From Lama guanicoe (Eukaryota): 64,000 bases of DNA. Positions within the stretch are counted from its first letter, which is position 1; each line of letters begins with the position of its first letter. The DNA is taken from the NCBI GenBank assembly GCA_013239625.1, contig MU054400.1:4279802-4343801 (forward strand), written 5' to 3'. Below are positions 52,772 through 64,000 of the stretch, one piece after another. The position numbers were made by a program, and so were the translations under genes. Under the pieces are notes generated by a model. That model did no database searches. It saw only the letters and a program-made list of their open reading frames with translations, and had not been told where the DNA came from.

Positions 52772-54390
52772 AATAAAAAGACTTAACAAACTAGGAATAG
52801 AAGTCAAATTTCTCAAGCTGATAAAGACCCGCTGTGAGAAACTCACAGCAAATTCTTTCTCCCTAAGATCAGGGGAAAAAAAAAAAAAGACAATTCAATT
52901 CCATAATGTACTGGAACTGGGGATGAAGGCAAGCCAGGTTCTTTATTACATAGAAATGGAAAGGACCCAAAATAAATCAAACAATGTTGAAAAAGAAGAC
53001 CAAATTTAGGGGACTCAAAATTTCTGATATCAAAACCTACTTCAAAGCTGCAGAAATTAAGATAGTCTTGTACTGGTGTAGGAATAAATGTGTAGTTCCA
53101 TAGAATAAAACTGAGAACCCTGAAGTAAAACCTTGTATTTATGGTCAACTGATCATCTACAGAGTGTCAAGACAATTCAATCGGAAAAGAATAGTCTTTT
53201 CAATCAGTGATGCTGGGAAAATTGGATATCCACATGTAAAGGAATGAAGTTGAACTCCTACCTCACACCATACAAAAAAATGAACTCAAATGGATTGCAA
53301 ATCTAAATGTATGACCCAAAATTATAAATTCCTTAGAAAAAAATATGGATAAATCTTCATGACTTTACATTAGGCAATGGTTTCTTAGATATGACTCCAG
53401 AAACACAAGTGATGAGAGGAAAACAAAATGATAAACTGTACTTAATCAAAATGTAAAGCTTTTATGTTGCAAATAATAGCATCAAAAAAGTGAAAAGACA
53501 ATCCACAGGATGGGAGAAAGCATTTATATCTTATATGCAAATTATATATCTAATAAGGCACATGAATGCATATTATATAAGCTTATACAATCCAACAATA
53601 AAAAGACAAGTAAGCCAATTAAAAAATAACGAGAATTTTGAATAGCTGTTTCTTGAGTGAGCATATACAGATGAACAACAAGCACGTGAAAAAACGTTCA
53701 ATATCTTTAGTCATTAGGCAAGTGGAAATCAAAACCATAGCTAGATATAACTTCACACTTATGAGGATGGCTAAAATAAAAGAGACAGGTAGTAACAAAT
53801 GTTGACGGTGATGTGGAGACATTGGAACCTCCATACATCGCTAAGTGGGGATGCAAGATGGTGCAGCCACTTTGGAAGACAGTTCAGAAACTTCTCCAAA
53901 TGTTAAATGTAGAGTTACCTTATCACCCAGCAATGTTACTCCTTGGTCTGTTCCTAACAGAACTGAGACATATGTCAGCACAAACACTTGCAAATGAGTG
54001 TTCATAGCAGCATTGTTCACAATAGCCAAAAAGTGGAGACAGTCCAAACATCCGTCAATGGATGAATGGATAAACAAAATGTGGTATGGCCGTAAGACAG
54101 AATATTATTCAGCCTCAACCTTAACAGTGTTCTACTTAGTGAAAGAAGCTAAACACAAAAGGCCACAGGTTGTATGTTTACATTTATATGAAATATCCTG
54201 AACATGAAAATCCATAGATAAAACATAGATTGGTGGTTGCCAAGGATGGATTGAGTGACCACTAAAGGGCACAGCGTTTCTTTTTGGGTGATAGAGATGT
54301 TCTACAATGAGATATTGTGATGGTTGCACAATTCTAAAAATATTTTAAGCACCCCTAAATTGTACACTTTAAAATGGTGAATTTTAATAT
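52772..54390 (+). mobile_element. L1 (L1MB-like) ORF2 3' part and 3' UTR, with internal gaps
   Basis: aacaaactaggaatagaag; aagaatagtcttttcaa...tgctgggaaaattggatatccacatg; ggatgaatggataaacaaaatgtggta; aattgtacactttaaaatggtgaatttt. Confidence 0.9.
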
Positions 54391-54488
54391 ATATATATAT
54401 ATTGAGATATACATATAGCTGAGTAAAGTTGACATTAGCCTCCTGAGGCAATCCTACGTCTTGCTTATTCAAGAAGAAATGTTTAGGG

Positions 54489-54608
54489 ATAACCTACAAT
54501 GAAAAAGAATATGAAAATGAATACATGTATGTATGTGTGTGACTGAAACATTGTGCTGTACACCAGACCCACTGTAACTGACTATACGTCAGTAAAAAAA
54601 AAAAAAAA
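54489..54608 (+). mobile_element. Short young L1 3' end
   Basis: ataacctacaatgaaaaagaatatgaaaatgaa...tgtgctgtacaccaga...actgactatac, A-tail, and degenerate TSD ending tttaggg on both sides. Confidence 0.85.
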
Positions 54609-55787
54609 CTTTTAGGGGGCATTGCTGGGGAGTGAGCAGATCACAGTTTTTCTAGAGTTTCAAGGGTTATGGGATGGAGGGCCTCACTGCATGGCGTGCC
54701 CCATTTGGGAGATAGAATTTCAGGAGCAGAAGCTAGTTCAGGGAGGAACAGGGTGATTTCAGCTGTGCAATAAAGAGACGACACATTACTGTGTTCCATT
54801 TCAAATATAAGTAAACAAATTCTACACAGGTAGAAACAGAAGGAAAAGAAAATACTTTTTGGTCATTGCATACATATCCTAGAATTACTCTTCCCTTGGT
54901 ACTGTTAATATTTGTGCTCGACCTCAGCTAACAAGAAGGAGCCCTTGTGAGATAAAAGGAAACAAACAAGACACCGCTGCACATTTCACCAGCTGTCAGG
55001 GCTTCTGGGTCATGCGTTGTGTTTTGTCTGATCAAGGGTCCGTTCTCGAGTAGCCTGCTTCCGTCCAGCTTTGGGCTGTTTCCTCTTCCCTTCTTTAGGG
55101 GCCAGCTCCCTCTCCCTTTGAGAGCGGACACACAGGAGGCCAGTGTGTCTGCCTGAGCGCTTCCTACTCGACCTGCCTCTGGGGATGGCATTCACGACTT
55201 CAGCAGCATCTTTCCCTCTCCTCCCTGCCATCGGAAGTCACAGCATCTCACAAAACAACACATCCCTGTTAACTAAAAGTACACCCATCAAATATAAATA
55301 AAGACTGAAATAACATAGCAGGTATATTTAGCCACCTAGAGTTTATGTGACCATGACAATAAACTGTCTATGAAGTGACTTTCTGAGTAGTCTTCTGAGA
55401 CGCATTCTAATGTTACAGCGAATTCCGCGGTCGAGTGATAGATGGCCCGTTTTCGTGGCAAGCGACCGGAGTTCACCACCGCTGAAAGGCAACTTCCTCT
55501 GCCTGGGAAGAGACACTCATTCTAACCCTCCAGTACAGCTCTTCCAAATATTTACAAGAGAGAGAAATATCCAGTTGCATTTCACGTCCTACCACAGGAG
55601 AAAGTTTAGGGGATTAAATATAATGAAGCAAGTTGATATTTTAGGAAGATGGTTGAGTTCAAGTGTGCAGGGGAGAGGCCTTGTGATTTATGGTGTGAGG
55701 TGTGATACCGTGCAAAATGCAGACGGTGGAGCCTGGAGACGAGGCATTCAAACGCTCTGAATCTGCTTCCTTAAACATCCCTGCAGC

Positions 55788-55923
55788 GGGGAGGGTACAG
55801 CTCAGTGGCAGAGAGCATGCTTAGCAGGCACGAGGTCCTGGGTTCAAGCCCCAGTACCTCCAGTAAATAAATAAATAAATCTAATTACCTCCCTCTTCCT
55901 TCCCTCTCCCCCCCAAAATTCTC
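55788..55923 (+). mobile_element. tRNA-derived SINE (camelid vic-1 type)
   Basis: A and B boxes, (TAAA)n, ctaattacctccc tail; TSD aaacatccctgcag (55773-55786) / aaaattccctgcag (55924-55937). Confidence 0.92.
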
Positions 55924-56831
55924 AAAATTCCCTGCAGGAGGACAGGGTTATACCAGATGAGTCTGGCATCTCTTTAACCCCTGAAGTCCATGATTAAGTG
56001 CTTACTGTGTCACTATGGAAAAGCTGGGGTGGGTGGGTGGCACATCTAACTGACCTGTTTATCAGTAGTAACAGCAGGCTTTCTACGAGAGGAGGCTCAT
56101 TTTCCATCAATTCATACCATAGCTCATTCACATACTACAATGATTCATGTACCATCATGCGTTCAAAGATTAAAACGTTTCACATCTCTAGGACACCATG
56201 ATGCTTTTGTACAGAGGGCAGTGGGACGGCCCTGTTGGAGGGAGGTAAGTGTCACATCTTTGGAGATACTGTTCGTGACTGCCCCCCTGCCCAGTGGTTC
56301 CCACTGTGACTCTGATCCCCTGGAATAACCCACCAACCTCTAGACTTGAAAACACTGGAAAGCTCAACACTGTTTAAAACTTTGGGAAATGTTTCAGACG
56401 TACCAGAGAGTGTAAAGAGTAACACAATGATCCTCTCGTGATAACCATCCACCTAAAGATATAAAACATGACAGATACAGGGGAGATGCTCACGGCCCGT
56501 CTTCTGCTCCTCCCCTGAGGGGGTCACTGCCTGACGTGGCTGTTCTTTCCTTTCTCATTAAACCTTATGCACCACTCATTTATGCAGAATACACAAAAGC
56601 AAAATTTTAATTAGTAGAAATAAAGACAATAGGATGTTGATGAAGAAAAAGTTTTTCTTCTGGAATTGCAAGATGACCGGACCCTTTAAACAGTGTGCCA
56701 TTTCACAGGCAGCTCAGTGACACAACAGGGACATTCTGGGCAGGCATGCTACCATGTTAGGGGAGGTATGTCTGGCCACTCAGATGCTTTCCAGCTTCTT
56801 GATTTGATAGACAGTGTTCATCAGCGCGTGT

Positions 56832-56832
56832 G

Positions 56833-56863
<31 letters not shown>
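56832..56863. repeat. (TG)n microsatellite
   Basis: Read directly. Confidence 0.9.
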
Positions 56864-56865
<2 letters not shown>

Positions 56866-59800
56866 CACAGACATAAGCATAGGTATATATATTAATAGAC
56901 TGTGGCATTTATTTTCAAAGTTAAGGAGCTAGGTCAAAGACTACCTGTATCCTTCATCTTAGTAGATCTTGCCAGAGAGCTCCCCCAAAACTATTTATTT
57001 GGATTGAAAGTTTCTACATCTGAAGCACTGTTTTTGGAAACCTGAATCTCCCAGAACATTTTGAAGACCAGCAGCCCTGTGGGTTTAGTCATTATGTTCC
57101 TGCCATGGTTGCCCGTGTGTCCTTGGCTACATGTGAAAATCTGTGAAATAACTTGGTTTCTTTGTCTATGACATGAAATGGAGAAAGAAGGAAATCTGTA
57201 GCTGGATGCTAGAGAAGTGAACGTAGGCCTGACTTCTTGTCTTCCTGGACTAACGTTCTAGTTTGGAAAAGGGACAAAGTTCCCCAGAAAGTGGTCAAAG
57301 GAGACTTTCATTTACACTGCGTTTCAGAACAAACAAATAGGAAGTAGCAGAAGAAAGCTCTTCCTCACTGTTTAATAAAAACATTCAACCCTGGGGGTTC
57401 TGCATCTTATTTAAATAAGGGCCCTCCAGGAACTCAAGATCCCGGCATCGCTCTGTGCAAAACTAGATGAAACAAACTACATTCAAAAAAAGTCAGAATC
57501 ACACATCCTTCTCAAAAGTAACTTCCCCAAGTCCGTGTGAGCAATGTTTGATGAGACAGACCAGTTGTTGTGAAATAAAGTTTGGAATTCCCACTTTGTG
57601 GAAAACGAATTGGAGCTCCCAGCAAGGACAAGGCCTTCATTAACAGGGCGAAAAAGCAAATTTGGACGAAATCAAAATCCACAAGAAATTCATATCTTCT
57701 GCACTAGACTTTTGGGTCTACTTTGAACTCTGGCCCCATGTTTTCTCCTGGATTTTCTTCTTAAGCCCATAAACTCTCAGGGGGTAGACTAATGGCCTCT
57801 TAAAGAGGCACCTGAGTTTCCCGTTGGCAGTCGCCATAAATGAGTGCCTCGCGTCCCGAACAAGTCTCCAGATCATCCCAGAGAAAGTAGACTCTAGAAA
57901 AGAAGAAAGGATGGAAAAGGAAGAAGGGAGGGAGGGGAATAAATCTCTACCCAAACAAACCTTCAAGCGTTCAAAATTTAGACTTAACAACCCTGTGGCA
58001 CTGGACAAAAAAAGAAAAAAACCAAAACAACAACAAACAAACACAAAAACAGCTTCCATCTTGAGCCAAAATGTGAACTGCTGGGATGTTTAAATAAAAG
58101 AAAAAAAGGAAGAAAGAAAAGAAAAGAAGAGAAAAAGGTGAAATAAACAGCTAAACAAACAAACAAACACGTCCCGGGTTTTAAAGGCAAACACAGACGC
58201 GTTCCATGAGCCTCGCAGATCAATGACTGCCATTGTTTATTTAATCTCCGAATTCCGTCACATGTGGCAGGCAGGAGTGCTGTACTTCGTTTCGACTGCA
58301 ACAGCGCAAAACACAGTCTGAATCCAGGGACCTCTTGCCAAAATCTCTGGCAATGTATCACTTTTTTAAGCCCTGTTTTGCTTTTGTGTTCATGGTAACG
58401 TTCGCAGCTGTTGAACGTGGCTTCGGGCTGTCTGACTCCCTTGAGAGAATTTATGTGTTTTTCTACTTCCTTTCCTTATTAGGAGGCAGGAATCTGCGAC
58501 ACCTATTAGAACAAGTATGCATAAAGGGTAATGACCACGTCGTTTATTAGTGGTCTGTTCTGCTTCAAATGAGCCCTCGGCCCCCAGCTCCGAGGGGCCC
58601 TGCCCATGTTTGAATCCCTCCTGCTTTCTCGGCAGCAGGTGGGCAAAGCAGAGTGAGTCAAGGGGCTGGGAGGAGACATCGGCCCCTGGGAAAGCAGTTT
58701 CTTGCTTCCTCAGCAAGGCCTGGAAGAGCCTGGAATAGCACGGTTTGAATTTCATGAATACGAAGGATTCGCTGACAATGTGAACAGTATGGAAGCAAAA
58801 AGAAACCACGAGCTACAAGCGTCTTCAGACCAGCTTTAGAGCGGGAGAAAAGGTCCCAGATCCTTTCTCTTTTCTTCCTTCTAAATGGGGGCTCTGGGGG
58901 TAATTTTTTTTTCTTCTAGGCCTGAGGTATGGGAAACCCTTGTTTCCTGTGAGTTTCCGGGGGATGAGAGAGCCACCATTTGGGGGAAAGAATGCTTGAG
59001 AAGCTCAGAGTGGGCTCGTGGGCCTCCCCTTCATAAAAAAAATCTGCTAACAGGAGGCAAGAAAGACATTTATTAGAATGTTCTAATAAATTCACATCTT
59101 GAGGCTGAAAATGCCAGGCTGCACTGGCCCTTCCAGGCATCATGGTAAGTTCTGCAGTCCGGACGAAAGCTCGGCAGAACAAAACGCTGGGGGACAAATT
59201 CATTTCTCTTAACATCACATGTATGTTCAAGAAACCATAACCCGTATGTTTCTGATTCATGCACATTTAGCTCGCCAGAATGTTCTGGGCAGCCGTGGAC
59301 ACAAAGCTTGTGAATATCATCCTTCTTCTTGGCAGGAAACCATCTCTGGCCGCAGAAGGTGGATCTGAACCCCAAGGGAGGGCCAGGTTCAACGTGCAAC
59401 TCAGAATCTCAAGGTCTGAGTGTGCTCTGCTGAGAAATACCGGGACCAAGAACGTACACTGTTGACACGTGCCGTTTTTCGGTGCGCGTGGCTCTTGGGG
59501 GGAGAAAATGGCCCAATATTCCTTTGAGTTCTGGAACGTGATCCTTATCGTGAAATGAAGAAAATAACATAAATGTACTCTAATATGGTAAACAAGTTAA
59601 AATTTCTCCATAATCAATTCTTTTTTTCTTTCTCGAAGATTCTTCTCCTCTAAGATCATCACGGCTCCCCCGCCTCACAGACTTGTTTGTGCATCCCTCT
59701 GGCTCAGTATCTGGCACATTCTGGTAGCCCTGGATGCATGTTGACCTGAGCTAACGTGACATGTGTTTTCAACTTACCGATCAGACACACAGCCTTACAC

Positions 59801-61034
59801 ATCAGGCTTAGCAGAAGTTATGGCAGACAGCGCGTGCTGTTAAAATCAGAGGAGACACATTCTGTGTTGAGAAAGTGAAAAATGAGACACAGAAGGAAAA
59901 TCCACTGGTACAGAGAAGCGGGCAGGAGGGTACACAGAAAACGCTGGAAATGGGCTAAATAATTCCTCTTCTCTCTGGCGGTTCTCAGGGTTTTTTTGTT
60001 TTTTTTTTCATTTTGACAATAACACTGGGATAAAAAGGGAAAGAAGCCTGCTTTGGGGTTTATCCAGAGCCACAGCAGAGGAACATTTTATTGTGGTGCT
60101 TCGAGTAACTAACTCGGATCCCCTGACACGTTCACCCCAAACTGCATAAATCTCTCAGTGAGCAGCAAATGAGACCCGTGTCTGGGTGTCTGACTAAACT
60201 CCTGGCTTATTTTCCCATTTTGCTCTGTCATTTCAAGGAGCCTAGCCAAAGCTGCTAATTAAAGACAGGATGATTTATTTCATAACTTTCTTCTCCCTTC
60301 AGGAAACATAACTCAACTCCAGGCACAGCAAGTTTACCTTGCCCTATTCAATAAATTGCACCCACCTCATTAATACTTCATTAGGAAAACGGAAGACCCC
60401 ATGACAGAACCTCAAGGAAGGAAGAGGCTGACCGGTTCAGACCCAGAAGACCCAGCAGGCCTGATCGGATGGGCCTGTGGGCTCCCAGGGCAGGTGCCTG
60501 GCCTGGTGGGTCAATCTGTGTGCTTAGGACGCTCATTCTGTCCTGCACGGCTCACCTGCTGTGAATCCTGCATTCATTTCTGCTTTGTGAGGTGGAGGTT
60601 TAGGGAAAGCTGCCTTTAACCTTCTTACAGAACTGTCATAATTATAAAAAAAAAAAAGAAAAGAAAACAGAAGAAAACCTAAAACACAATGGACAGCAAA
60701 ATCTAGAGACCCGTAGCCCATCCCAGTGCAAGTTTCTCCATCAACAGACACATCATGGTTTAAGCTTCAAGATGCTTTTTTTTTCCCTTCTAATAAAAGA
60801 GAGAGGCCCCAAAGCTTACACATGGTTCCCTTAGCCTTTCCATATATAAATAGGAGCTGGAGGAGAGCCAAACATGCCAGCTCCCCTGGCTTCTCTATAC
60901 ATATATGGCAAGTCAGCTCCTCCGTGCAGTGCAGAAGCAAATATAGGTACAATGAGAGATCTAAAACGAATAACCACTTAAGGTCCTTTGGAGGTTCTAA
61001 GCAGTCCACTAGTATTTGACCTAAGAGATGAGAC

Positions 61035-61200
61035 CGCTCTCTCTCTCAAACTTCAGTGTTCACACGTGTCTCCTGTGCGGCTTGTTCAAAGGGAGATTCT
61101 GAAAGGGCTGAGGTGGGACCACGAATTTGTATTTCAAACAAGCTCCCAGGGACTGCTGCTGCTGCTGCCGCTGGTCCGTGGACCAGTTCCTGAGTGGTCG
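61035..61200. mobile_element. MER5A-like element
   Basis: gaatttgtatttcaaacaagctcccagg...tgctgctgc...ctggtccgtggacca. Confidence 0.8.
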
Positions 61201-61287
61201 CGGGCTGGGAGACATAGCCCACCTTTGGGAGTTGCCTGGTGGATCTGATAATACTGGTGTGAAAAGGTATTAAAAATCCAGTTGCAG

Positions 61288-61440
61288 GGGGCAGGTATAT
61301 AGCTCAGTGGCAGAGCGTGTGCTTAGCCTGCACGAGGTCCTGGGTTCAATCCCCAGTACCTCTGTTAATAAATAAATAAAAATAAGTAAACCTAATTACT
61401 TCCACCCCCCCAAAATTTTTTAAATAAATAAAAAAATTTT
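61288..61440 (+). mobile_element. tRNA-derived SINE (camelid vic-1 type)
   Basis: tatagctcagtggcagagc...gaggtcctgggttcaatccccagtacctc, (TAAA)n, cctaattac tail; TSD aaaaatccagttgcag (61272-61287) / aaaagccaggttgcag (61441-61456). Confidence 0.92.
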
Positions 61441-61496
61441 AAAAGCCAGGTTGCAGTGTGTGTTTTATTACTCCTTCTATAAAACCGTCCTCCAGA

Positions 61497-61712
61497 GTGG
61501 GGTTGGCAAACTTTAAAGTGTCAGTTACTATATTAAGATTTGCAAGCCATCTAGTCCCTGTTGCAAGACCTCAGCTCGGTTGAGTTGTAGCACAAGAGCA
61601 GCCATTGAAAATCTGTGAACACATTGATAAAGCTATGTTCCAATAAAACTTTATTTATAAAAATAAGTCGAGGGCCAGATATGGTCCATCTGCTGTAGCT
61701 TGCCAACTCCCA
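61497..61712. mobile_element. MER58A-like element
   Basis: ggggttggcaaactt...gctatgttccaataaaactttatttataaaaa...gggccagatatggtcc...ttgccaactcc, with inverted termini. Confidence 0.88.
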
Positions 61713-62149
61713 TTCTAGAACAACGGTTTTCAAAACTTTGTGGCTATCTACGCAGAACAGGACGCCTCTGTGATGCGTGTATGTTTATTTATAAACTCTA
61801 TACACTTTCTACTGCACTAACGCAAAAATGAAACACAAGGGAAAGAAAGTTGAAATAGAGACTCAATATTTCTTTGTTCATTCAAATAGAGTATCTTTGC
61901 TATCACCCGCTTATACGCATTCGTCTTAGAAACCAGTGAGGTGGAGAACTTTAAAATACAGTTTTTTTCTTGGCAAAAAATGATCACATTGATTAACAGT
62001 AGTATTTGGGGTCTAGGACATGGAGCAACCACAATATATTGAGATCTTTACAGTAAGGAAAGTGAAAGGAAACACTGAAGAGAATTACTTACACAAATCA
62101 ATACAGTGACATAGTCTCTCTAACCTGTTTGGGGCTATCTGAGAAGTCC

Positions 62150-62360
62150 CGCGTGCCAAGTGATGAACTAAACACTCTGTACAGAGTATCTCATTTAATG
62201 CTGTCTGAGGTAGGGGCGACTATTCTTCCCATTTTACAGAAGAGAAAACTGAGGCTCAGAGAAGCTAGTGCAAAGAAATACAGTTAGTTCTGTATTTAGT
62301 TTGGTGGTTTGTTGTGGTGTCAAAGTCACATCTGCCTAGGACCACACCCTTGCTCTTAAG
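62150..62360 (-). mobile_element. MIR SINE
   Basis: atctcatttaat...cccattttacagaagagaaaactgaggctcagagaag. Confidence 0.85.
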
Positions 62361-64000
62361 AGCTGCCATTTACAGCCTCATCACATCGTGATCATTTTCT
62401 AAAGTGTTACTCTTTATTTATGATAACATCACATCAGTGGAAAACCCCGCTGGTTACAGTGTATAGATTTCACATACACCCACACAGATCCCTTTATTCT
62501 GCCTGAAGTTGTAGCTGGAGGTGGTGGTAATACTTGGTCTCTGTGCTGAGAGCGCGTGTTAGCTAATTTCGACTCTACTGTTGGTTTCTTTAAAGAGATT
62601 TCTTACTGGCTGTCAAATGTACTAAGAATTCTCTCTCACCTGAAGAGTCGTGTGCTAAAAACCCATTTATTACCGAAACGCAATCAGAGATGACTAGGTT
62701 CGCTGGCTGCCTGTTACTCTTTCTATGTAGGAAGGACTGGGTCTGTAAGGTTAGCAGTTTACTTGCTTTGCTGAGTTTGTGCCCGAAGTTCTGAATCAGT
62801 AGCAGAGAGCTGATCCTTATACTTCGTTCAAAAGTGGAAGGTTTGGATAGCAGTGTTGGCACTTGTGTAAAGGGAGGCTTTAGAATTACAAAACATGGCT
62901 CCGCATCTCAACAGACAAGACTATTGGCATCTTGAAACACTTTTATTTCGAAATAAATGATGATGCCTCAGGGCAAATGTGTAGCAATTATATCCGGTAG
63001 CACCAATGCTCAGACTGAGGGTTCTGACAACAAGCCTGGGCCAGATGGTCATCAACTATAAAGCAAGAGTCATGGAATTGTTTCAGGGAGAAGGACCCTG
63101 GGATTAGGAGCGCAGAGAAAGCCAAAAACAGTGAGACCAGAAACTAGGGTGATGAGATCCATGCTCTGAATAAAAAGTCAGTATATATGATCTGAAACAT
63201 TCTCCAGTACATAGTCCTGTTTTCAAACATTCTTTTGTTAGATTATCTTGAGAAACCCAAGATGAATAATCACTGTAGCTTTTATGCTTCAATAAAAAAA
63301 AAAATCACCATAGCTTTAGTCGTCAATAAAGCTGTTTAAAATGTGGCACATTTCAGCATTTTTCTAGAAATCTAAATTGTGTTTCCAGCCCAACATTCTC
63401 CACGTTCTTTAATATGCCTTTTAAACATAAAATGCAGAGTCTGCGTGGCCCTTCTTATTTAGAAAATTATCTTACCTCAATTAAAAAATTCACAAATTTA
63501 CTTTAACATGTTTTAGTATAGTCTGCAATCTCAAAAAGGGTATTAAAGATACAAAAAAAAGTCTACAAAAATCGAAATACAGCTATATCGAAAGCAGGAT
63601 GCCCCTAATTATTAAACACATAATAGATGTTTTGCACAAACTCTCTATTTTAAATAAATGAATTTCATAAGACCCTTGAGAGTTAATGAGTAGTTCCTTG
63701 TAAGTTCCATGAAAAAAAATTACTTGTTAACGATATCAAAACACTCACCTAACATGATTATATGATATACTTTATCTAATAAATGAAAATATAAGTATAC
63801 AGAGAGAGACCCAATGATTGGATGATTGGGACATTAGTTGCCTGAGCACACTTTGTTTTATCAGCAAACCCTTTGCATTTATGCTTGAAATGGAGTGCGT
63901 AGGTAGGTTGCTTCTGGAAATGGTCAGAGAAAGAGTCATCTCTGGAGGTCTTTCAGATTTAATGACACATCACAGCGAGAACTCTGTTCACTGCACACGA

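Overview
This is 64 kb of repeat-rich, apparently non-coding placental mammal DNA (intergenic or inside a very large intron). It is most likely camelid, because three tRNA-derived SINEs match the vic-1 pattern as I recall it and occur with one family of young L1 3' ends. I cannot support any protein-coding exon, RNA gene or gene name; the ORF-track entries are explained by repeats, microsatellites or chance. The window is a mosaic of L1, L2, MIR, MaLR/ERV LTRs and hAT elements (MER5, MER58, MER102) with a few motif-dense unique patches that may be enhancers. The best-supported unusual structures are: a TSD-bounded ~300-bp L1 3' transduction (33.3-34.1 kb); an end-to-end L1 with three internal deletions (8.1-11.4 kb); a solo LTR with a 23-bp-periodic CCAAT array and two octamers (41.6-42.1 kb); a twin-primed L1 inversion; an L2 that has become GC/CpG-rich; a MaLR internal segment without LTRs; and a 73-bp local duplication. 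I see no evidence of a new multi-gene system. Repeat family names come from remembered consensus sequences and need Dfam/RepeatMasker confirmation; most boundaries are approximate.
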